Below are positions 38,674 through 45,505 of a stretch of DNA of 64,000 nucleotides, in pieces. The notes beneath the pieces were generated by a model, which was given only the letters and a program-made list of their open reading frames with translations, had not been told where the DNA came from and did not search any database. Every line of letters begins with the position of its first letter. Positions within the stretch are counted from its first letter, which is position 1. The translations under genes and the position numbers were made by a program. This stretch comes from an uncultured Geobacter sp. (GTDB taxonomy: Bacteria > Desulfobacterota > Desulfuromonadia > Geobacterales > CAIOGM01). The stretch lies in contig CAIOGM010000159.1 in the NCBI GenBank assembly GCA_903857795.1, positions 5,458 to 69,457 of the forward strand. The letters are read 5' to 3'.

Positions 38674-38679
38674 ATGCCA
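38664..38679 (-). promoter_or_regulatory. Sigma-54-like promoter with a non-canonical -12 element (TGGCAT-N5-TTGAA)
   Basis: The minus strand reads tTGGCATaatatTTGAAt. The GG-N10 spacing is right but the -12 dinucleotide is GA rather than GC. It overlaps the right arm of the palindrome. Confidence 0.3.
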
Positions 38680-38943
38680 AATGTAATTTTGCTATGAAAA
38701 TAACCACCAAAATTCTGGTAATTCTGGAGAAAATGTATAAAAATCAGCCTGTCAGATCGTGTCACCCCCCCCCGGCCAAAATGAGTCGGTCTCGAGCAGT
38801 CCTGGGACGCTCCGGGGTAAACCGGTCATTTCTTGCAGGGTGACACCGCTCTCTGACTCCATGGCTCAACATTCCTGGCAGGGGAGGCCGGGTGATGGTC
38901 AGGGCGCCGGGAGTTGTTGCAGGGGGAAGGGCGGGGGTCGAAG

Positions 38944-38988
38944 GGAGAAAAGCAACGGCGCGCTCCCGAAAAGGGGAGCGCGCCGTTG
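38944..38988 (-). terminator. Strong terminator after protease B, separating the two cassettes
   Basis: A perfect 15-bp stem pairs CAACGGCGCGCTCCC with GGGAGCGCGCCGTTG around a 6-nt loop. CTTTTCTCC follows on the minus strand. Confidence 0.7.
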
Positions 38989-39086
38989 TTGTGGGCGGTA
39001 GAGGGAGGGAGGCGGAGTCACCGCTCCTGGATATGCAGGACTTTTTTTACCTTAGCGCCGTCATTAGTTTGCAGGATGGTTTTTCG

Positions 39087-39698
39087 TCACTCGCTCCAGA
39101 GGATGGTCTGGGTGTTTACGTCGAGCTGGTGCCTGAACTGTCCGAGAAAGTTCATGCCGAGCCACCCCTCGAAGGGGAGTGGCGGGCCGGTCACCCGGAG
39201 GATGCCGACGTCGATGTCGTGGAGTGTCTTCGGGCCGACCGTGAGCGTATCCAGAGTTGTGCGTCGTGATTGAATATTTCTTCCATCGGCTACCCGGGTC
39301 AACCCCTGCGTGGTCTCCTCTGTTGGTATCCCGAGTTTCTCCGCGAGGCTCTCCGAGATGATCGTGACCGAGGCGCCCGTGTCCAGAAGGAACCGGCAGT
39401 TCACGGTTTTGCCGCGATGTCTGACGGTTACCGTCAGATAGACCTTGTTGTCGGACACTATTACTCCGCTGCGCGTGGCTCTTGACTCCGGAGCTTTGTC
39501 GGCCGGTCTCACTGTTGTCCGGCTACGGTAGTGGACGGGAACCTTGCCGGCTTCATCAACGAAGACCAGCGTGCCGTTACTGTCCGTATATTGAAACACT
39601 TCGGCAAAAGCCGACCCGCTAATCAACAGGTTCAGCAGAGAAAGCATGATAACCAACTGCACCGACCTGGTGTACTGGGGAACCGGTATCATTCTCAT
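39087..39698 (-). CDS. Secreted retropepsin-like aspartic protease, copy B
   Basis: 203 aa, about 75 percent identical to copy A by hand count and higher in the C-terminal protease domain. It has the same FLLDTGAS and LGMNFL motifs and the same ATGA overlap with the upstream giant gene. Confidence 0.75.
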   Translation of the reverse strand: MRMIPVPQYTRSVQLVIMLSLLNLLISGSAFAEVFQYTDSNGTLVFVDEAGKVPVHYRSRTTVRPADKAPESRATRSGVIVSDNKVYLTVTVRHRGKTVNCRFLLDTGASVTIISESLAEKLGIPTEETTQGLTRVADGRNIQSRRTTLDTLTVGPKTLHDIDVGILRVTGPPLPFEGWLGMNFLGQFRHQLDVNTQTILWSE

Positions 39699-42600
39699 CT
39701 TTCCTGGATATGAAGGACCTTCTTCACCGGTTGATTCTGGCTTCGATTAATGATGGTCGGCGGGTCGGCGGGTGGTTTCCCTTGCATCGCGGTCCCTGTC
39801 CGACGGCTTTCTCTCGCAGAGAATGGAGTGCTTGACGGGTTGCTCGGATCATTAAACTGAGTTGACTCGAAACTTCCTGTTGACATTTGAATGATGGCCT
39901 TGCCGTACATCGACGCGCTTGATGGCACAAATCCTGTATCGTATTTCAACGCCCACAGGTAGGAATTACCTCCATACGCGCAGATATCCGATGACGGAAG
40001 AAAGGTGGTGAAAAATACCGCTCCTGTGGATAGCGCAACCGGATTGGTGATTACCCTCTCGGCACAGGAACTGCCAGCGGCCGCATCCAAGGTAATGAAC
40101 CAGCCTTTATCCTTGAGGGTGTCCAAGCTGTTTGTGGAGGCAGTTGTATAGCCTACTCCTGATTGGTTGGTTAGTTTTGTGGAGTCAACCGTGGTGGTGC
40201 AGGTAGTGTCTATAGCATTGGCAGAAGTATAGCACGGCTCCTTGATTCCAAAAATGTTGCGCTGAGTGGCGCAATCGTCAAGGTCCCCGGCAGCGGTCGT
40301 CTTGAAATAATAACGACCGGTCCCGAAATAGAGCCAAAAGTGCTTATTTTTACGGTCTTGCAACCGTGCAATGGATGAGGTTACCGGCCCGATACCATCT
40401 ATAACAATACTTGTCACAAAATCGTTCGAGCTTACATTAAATGTCCCTGTCTGAATAGTGGAAGGATCAGCGGTGCTTGGCTTTATCATTACGCGGAGCA
40501 CCCCGCCATCGGTCCAAGTGTCATCCGAAGTATTCTGTTTAACATACCCAATATAGACCACATCGTCCTGGTAGTTTCCGAGTAAGGACAAATTCCACCG
40601 GTCGGCATCCAGGGCGCCTCCTTGGAGTGAACCGGCGAATGCATTAGGAATCCCCGTATTGATCGTCTGAACCAGTGAACCATCCTTGAGATCGACGATG
40701 AACAGCCGCAGGGGTTGATCCGACTTGGCCAGGAACTGGTGTGTCGTCGTGTCAATGGGGCCTGTGGGACCAGAGGCAAACAAGGCTAACCAGCGGCCGT
40801 TCTTATTCCGAGGCCCCACCCTGATGATTGCCGGTCCCGCGGTAGAATACCCTAGCCGGTTATTGGTGAATTCCCAGAGGAGTGCCGGTTGCCCCGGTTT
40901 GGTTATGTCTAGCGCAAAATATGAAGAATATCCCATGCTTACTGAATTGTTAGCCGGGTCAACAATTGGAGTTCTGACACAATTTGTGCATCCCGCAGAA
41001 CTTCTCCTGCTGGCCCCTCCCAAACCCATTCCGCCGATTAAAACGGTCCGCCAGTTGGTTTCGACTGCGAGATCGTTGGGGTTAACGGGATTTACGGCAC
41101 TGCTGCCTACCACTTGACTGCTGTTTTTGCTGCAGTCCCAGTAATGCGTGCAGGTACCCACGGTACCAATGCTGACATCGGCAATGGTGCTGGTCAGGTC
41201 GACGAAATTAAGATGACCATAAGAAGGGTCGGCGAGGTATTTGAGGTACGGAAGGACATTCCGGGGGATATAGGCCCACTGCTCACTTCCCAGATTACTG
41301 CCGCTAAGAGTCGCCTTCTGGGCGCCGCTGGCCGTGACATCGAGCAGCCCGAGTTTGAACGCGTGGAGCATGCCGTCATTGGCGCCAACGAACACAGAAC
41401 CACGGGCCTTGTACTCATTGGAATTGATAAAAGAGTAATACGAGGAGTCATTGTACCCCGACGGAGGCTGCATATGATAGTTGTTCTGAGGTACAGTCGA
41501 GAGGACCCGAGGTGTCGATGTCACAATGTCGCCAAGTTTCCAGACACCACTAGTGCTGCCGATGGTGACGGTGCGGTTGCGCAGCGTGGCGTCACCAGGA
41601 TAATCAATTCCACTGATGTAATTGATCAACTGCTTGGCGCTGGTCACGTCCGACGCCTGAAGATACCGTCGAAGGTCTGTCGCGGTAGCGTCTGAACTGT
41701 CAGCAGTGTCGGTTGGACTGAAAAAGGTGCGCAGTGTGCCGGATGTATTCGTGTAAATGGTACGTTTTTGGGTGTTATCGGTCTGATCGCGCTTCCAGAG
41801 AAGTGTGCCGGCCTTCCAGAGGCTCTTGACGGTTTCGGGATAATCGGTTCTTATCAGGGTCTCGCCGATGCCGTCTCCGTTGGTGTCCTGGAAGAGTTTT
41901 ACCCTGGTAGCCTTCATGGAGGTATCAAAGAAGAAGTTTACAATATAGTCATTGGTCAGGTTCAAGTTATGGGTGGCCGCCCCGGTGGCGTCAGAATAAT
42001 CCGTGTCCTCGCGAATAGAACTGGTGTTAATGTATGGATCGAGGTAGTACCAGAAATTCAGGAGTTCGCCGGTCCAGTTCGCAACCGTATTGTTGGAAAA
42101 GACTTTTTTGGGATAGAAGATCGCCTGGAGAATGACGGCTCCGCTTCCCTCGGCGTTACTCAGAATGGAGGCGGCAGTTCCGGATGAAAGCTGGTTGAGG
42201 ATATTGTTGAAGATATCGATGAGAGAATTGTTGAGCTGTGTCGGGTTGTCCGCATAATAGGCTTGGCCGTTTCTGTCAGTGCCGCCATGGACAGCCATGG
42301 CATCCACGTTTGTCTTGTCGGCAGCTACCAGTCCCACACCCAGAATATAGGACGTTACATCGTAGTTTATAGAATTAACCGTTACATTGCAATTTCCAGA
42401 TCCCCCGTTGGGCGGGCATCGCAGAGCGTCAAGCTTGGTCAGGACCGTAGGCATAAGGTCGGTTGATGCTCCGGTCGCGCCGCTTTCGGTGACACTGGGC
42501 GCTCCGTCGGTAACGTAGATAATGAAATTCTTTTGGCAGGAATACTGGATGGGTGAGGCGAGGGGGGTGGTGCTTCCCTGAACCATGGCGCCTTTGAAGT

Positions 42601-45112
42601 AGTTGAGGGCGCTCTGAAGTGTCCCGGCGGTGGGGGTCAGGCCGGCATTGATGATGTAGCTGCAGGCGTTCGGGTTCGATGTGTTGGTGCATGACATGTA
42701 CCCGGTTTCATCGTTCTGGAAAGCAACCGGCGTCCGATTCCCCCCCAGGGAGGTCAAGAGTGAAGTCAATTGGGTATTCCCAGGGGAGACGTTATCAGCT
42801 ATCGGCACATTCAAATATCCGCCACCAGGCGAACTGTTGGTAAAAAAGGTCTGACTGGTATAATACCAACTATTCCTAACCCCAAAATCGTAGAATCCAA
42901 GAGCATAGTCATCATCTGTGGGAATAAAGCCCTGCGGACCAGTGCATCCGGCGAATCCGGTGGTCGCGTCGTTTGCGCCGGTCTTGCTGGTACAGGTATA
43001 ATAAGAGTCGGTTTGAGCTGGATATTCAGTAGAACTGTACCCGCTTGAGTAGGTATAACTTATTCCATGGTTCGAGCTGTCATAGTACGTCCCCGGCATG
43101 CCATAGTAGGTCGTAGTTCCGTTGGTATCTGTATTCTTGCGCGTCTTCGGGTAGATAAGCGAGCAGTATGTCTTGCGCTTGGCGCTGTTGACCGCAGTTC
43201 CGTTAGACCCTCCCGTACCGCCCGTCGTGGTTATTGCATCCCGGTAATTGACCTGAAATGCCGGATTCCCGGCAGCCACACCCGAAATTCCGTTTTGACA
43301 TGAATTTCTGCAGGCAATTTCAGCGGCGGAAGGGGAATAGGTTCCGGTCTTTGGATCTTCTTGAACACAGTAGTTGGAGCATGACCCGTCCGATGGGGGA
43401 GTCGGGCAGTATGATTTCAGATCGAACGAGTTGAAATACGCGGAATTGTGCAGGAAGTACTTGGATACCGAAGGAAGTTTGTAGCTCATGATGCCGATGC
43501 GCATGATGTTGCCGTAGGCGTTCACGATGGACGTGAGGGCCTGCCGGGCGATGATCGACCTGCTGCAGGTATTGAGATCGTTAGGATCGGTGCACTTTGG
43601 TGAACCGATGGCGTTGTTTTGGAAATCTTCATCCATGCTGTTGGAATTGTCGAGGATGATGAGCACGTTCGGTTTCACGTTGGTACAGACATAGGGCGGC
43701 ACCACCGTGTAGGTATTCAGTGACGCTACCTGGGTGGTGAAGCTGAAACTGTATTGTCCAAGGGCGTTTCCTGCCAGATCCGTAACTCCACTGGTCAGGG
43801 TGACGGTGTAGGGCATGCTGAAGTCGAGACCGGTAGCCGGAGTAAGCGTTAGTTTTTTTGCCGTTGAATCATAGGAAATGCTTGCAGGTATGTTTTGTGA
43901 TCCGTCGGATATGTATACCGTGGCGCTATTCATGGACGAGGCGAGCATATTGTTCAGTTCGGTGAAGTTTATAGTGATAGGCGATGTTATCGAGATGTCC
44001 GAGGTATTATTTGCAGGCGAGGTGCTTGCCACCACGGGGGCTACAGTGTCCAGAATGAATGACCATGAATGGCTCATATCGAGGGCATTCGGGGTGGGGC
44101 TTGCCGCGTCCTTGATGCCGGTGGTCAGGGTGATGTTGTAGGCGCCGTCAGTGAAGGCCGCTGTTGGTGTAAATGACTCGGTATTGGAACCGGCATCGAA
44201 GCTGTAGGCGCCTGCTACCGCGGTTGTAACTTTTTTGACCGAAAAGGTGCTGCTGGTTATAGTTGTCGTAGTGATGGTATCGCTGAAGGTGGCCGTTATG
44301 GCGTTCGGTATGGTATTTAGATAGGCGGTGTTAGGCGAAAACGACACGAGGGTCACTGGCTGGTTGTCGACATTGAACATCCACGTACAAGAGTAGTTGA
44401 CGCAATCAAGTGCGTTGCTGCTCGTATCGGTCAGACCGGCCGTGAGGGTCACTCGGTATGTTTTCAGGGATGCGAGGGCTGATGACGGTGTCACGGTTAC
44501 CGTTTTGTTCGAATTCGACCAGACAGGGGCATTGAGAGGCACCGGGATATTGCCGTCGGTCACATTGATCAGATTAATTGAAGGATTTGAACCTGATACT
44601 GTGGCTGAGCTTGTATTCATGGCTTCGAAAAAGGTTGGTGCAATATTAGGTGAGGTGCTCGATGTTGTTGTCACTAGTGGGACATACGATACCATGTACG
44701 GTGGCTTATAGTCGCGAATGGTAAAAGTAAACGTTGACGGGCCGGTATAAGTACCTGCGGTAGGTGTTGCTTTATCTTTTATGCTTTTTGCACAGGCCGA
44801 GTACTGGGTGCCGGATGACAAGCTCGCGGTTGGTGTGATGGTTATGGTTTTCGCAACGGAATCACAGCCGATACTTACCGACCCGAAGACCGTCCCTCCG
44901 CTGCAACTGGAACCGCTGGTTATAAAGATATTGGTTCCGCTCGCACTAGTGCAGTCAAGTGCGGTTGCAGAGGTAAAGCTCACTGTATGTGGACCAAGCT
45001 CATTCACTCCAGTGGTTGTATTTGGTGTCCAGACCGGCGAAGATGGCGCCCCTAAAGCTGTACCGGAATGAAAAAAGAACAGACAGCCGACTGCCAGCAG
45101 TATTCGTTTCAT
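39695..45112 (-). CDS. Giant secreted PilY1/PilC-like protein, copy B (about 5 SbsA/Big-type Ig-like repeats, vWA with an intact MIDAS, beta-propeller)
   Basis: 1805 aa with a signal peptide ending TALGAPS. Residues ~25-460 hold repeated Ig-like units (for example TVTPSSALASLKTYRVTLTAGLTDTSSNAL). KPNVLIILDNSNSMDED is a DxSxS MIDAS at residues 488-492. PilY1 hallmarks are VFVGANDGMLHAFKLG, EQWAYIP, LIGGMGLGG, YFALDITKP, FWLYFGTGRYY and AERVITN. Confidence 0.8.
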   Translation of the reverse strand: MKRILLAVGCLFFFHSGTALGAPSSPVWTPNTTTGVNELGPHTVSFTSATALDCTSASGTNIFITSGSSCSGGTVFGSVSIGCDSVAKTITITPTASLSSGTQYSACAKSIKDKATPTAGTYTGPSTFTFTIRDYKPPYMVSYVPLVTTTSSTSPNIAPTFFEAMNTSSATVSGSNPSINLINVTDGNIPVPLNAPVWSNSNKTVTVTPSSALASLKTYRVTLTAGLTDTSSNALDCVNYSCTWMFNVDNQPVTLVSFSPNTAYLNTIPNAITATFSDTITTTTITSSTFSVKKVTTAVAGAYSFDAGSNTESFTPTAAFTDGAYNITLTTGIKDAASPTPNALDMSHSWSFILDTVAPVVASTSPANNTSDISITSPITINFTELNNMLASSMNSATVYISDGSQNIPASISYDSTAKKLTLTPATGLDFSMPYTVTLTSGVTDLAGNALGQYSFSFTTQVASLNTYTVVPPYVCTNVKPNVLIILDNSNSMDEDFQNNAIGSPKCTDPNDLNTCSRSIIARQALTSIVNAYGNIMRIGIMSYKLPSVSKYFLHNSAYFNSFDLKSYCPTPPSDGSCSNYCVQEDPKTGTYSPSAAEIACRNSCQNGISGVAAGNPAFQVNYRDAITTTGGTGGSNGTAVNSAKRKTYCSLIYPKTRKNTDTNGTTTYYGMPGTYYDSSNHGISYTYSSGYSSTEYPAQTDSYYTCTSKTGANDATTGFAGCTGPQGFIPTDDDYALGFYDFGVRNSWYYTSQTFFTNSSPGGGYLNVPIADNVSPGNTQLTSLLTSLGGNRTPVAFQNDETGYMSCTNTSNPNACSYIINAGLTPTAGTLQSALNYFKGAMVQGSTTPLASPIQYSCQKNFIIYVTDGAPSVTESGATGASTDLMPTVLTKLDALRCPPNGGSGNCNVTVNSINYDVTSYILGVGLVAADKTNVDAMAVHGGTDRNGQAYYADNPTQLNNSLIDIFNNILNQLSSGTAASILSNAEGSGAVILQAIFYPKKVFSNNTVANWTGELLNFWYYLDPYINTSSIREDTDYSDATGAATHNLNLTNDYIVNFFFDTSMKATRVKLFQDTNGDGIGETLIRTDYPETVKSLWKAGTLLWKRDQTDNTQKRTIYTNTSGTLRTFFSPTDTADSSDATATDLRRYLQASDVTSAKQLINYISGIDYPGDATLRNRTVTIGSTSGVWKLGDIVTSTPRVLSTVPQNNYHMQPPSGYNDSSYYSFINSNEYKARGSVFVGANDGMLHAFKLGLLDVTASGAQKATLSGSNLGSEQWAYIPRNVLPYLKYLADPSYGHLNFVDLTSTIADVSIGTVGTCTHYWDCSKNSSQVVGSSAVNPVNPNDLAVETNWRTVLIGGMGLGGASRRSSAGCTNCVRTPIVDPANNSVSMGYSSYFALDITKPGQPALLWEFTNNRLGYSTAGPAIIRVGPRNKNGRWLALFASGPTGPIDTTTHQFLAKSDQPLRLFIVDLKDGSLVQTINTGIPNAFAGSLQGGALDADRWNLSLLGNYQDDVVYIGYVKQNTSDDTWTDGGVLRVMIKPSTADPSTIQTGTFNVSSNDFVTSIVIDGIGPVTSSIARLQDRKNKHFWLYFGTGRYYFKTTAAGDLDDCATQRNIFGIKEPCYTSANAIDTTCTTTVDSTKLTNQSGVGYTTASTNSLDTLKDKGWFITLDAAAGSSCAERVITNPVALSTGAVFFTTFLPSSDICAYGGNSYLWALKYDTGFVPSSASMYGKAIIQMSTGSFESTQFNDPSNPSSTPFSARESRRTGTAMQGKPPADPPTIINRSQNQPVKKVLHIQER

Positions 45113-45465
45113 CGCCCTACCTCCAGCACATCAATCTCGACGACCAAGCCCTTGATGGTTGTTATCCTGACTGGTGTCTTTTCGGGGAGCTTTGAGACAT
45201 CGATCCTTTTTCCGTTGTACTCCACGGTAACGGCAGATTGAATCCGATAGAATCTGACTCCGCCCTGTTCTGACAACAACAGAACAAATGTGGCTCCATT
45301 ACGGATTCCTCCAAAAAAACCGTTACTTATTTCCCCCTGGTCTGTATGGCTCAGTGCGCCTGAAGTTGCCGGAGTCATCCCTATGGCAAACATCGGACAG
45401 GCTGCCACCAAGCAAGAGGTAATGATTGCGGCTCTAACGAGTTGAGTTATCGAAATAGATGCCAT
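45109..45465 (-). CDS. Small secreted protein of unknown function, first gene of cassette B
   Basis: 118 aa from the Met at 45465, preceded by an AAAGGAG RBS. A signal-like segment (AAIITSCLVAACPMFAIG) precedes a beta-rich C-terminus. Its stop overlaps the giant gene start (ATGA). The longer track ORF would overlap the kinase gene. Confidence 0.6.
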   Translation of the reverse strand: MASISITQLVRAAIITSCLVAACPMFAIGMTPATSGALSHTDQGEISNGFFGGIRNGATFVLLLSEQGGVRFYRIQSAVTVEYNGKRIDVSKLPEKTPVRITTIKGLVVEIDVLEVGR

Positions 45466-45489
45466 GCCGGATACTCCTTTATTATTGCT

Positions 45490-45505
45490 TGCAAGTGGAC
45501 AGCCT
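45490..45505 (-). promoter_or_regulatory. Candidate sigma-54 promoter (AGGCTG-N5-TTGCA) overlapping the kinase stop codon
   Basis: The minus strand reads tAGGCTGtccacTTGCAag with exact GG-N10-GC spacing. The predicted transcript would begin just upstream of the Shine-Dalgarno of the small ORF. Confidence 0.4.
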
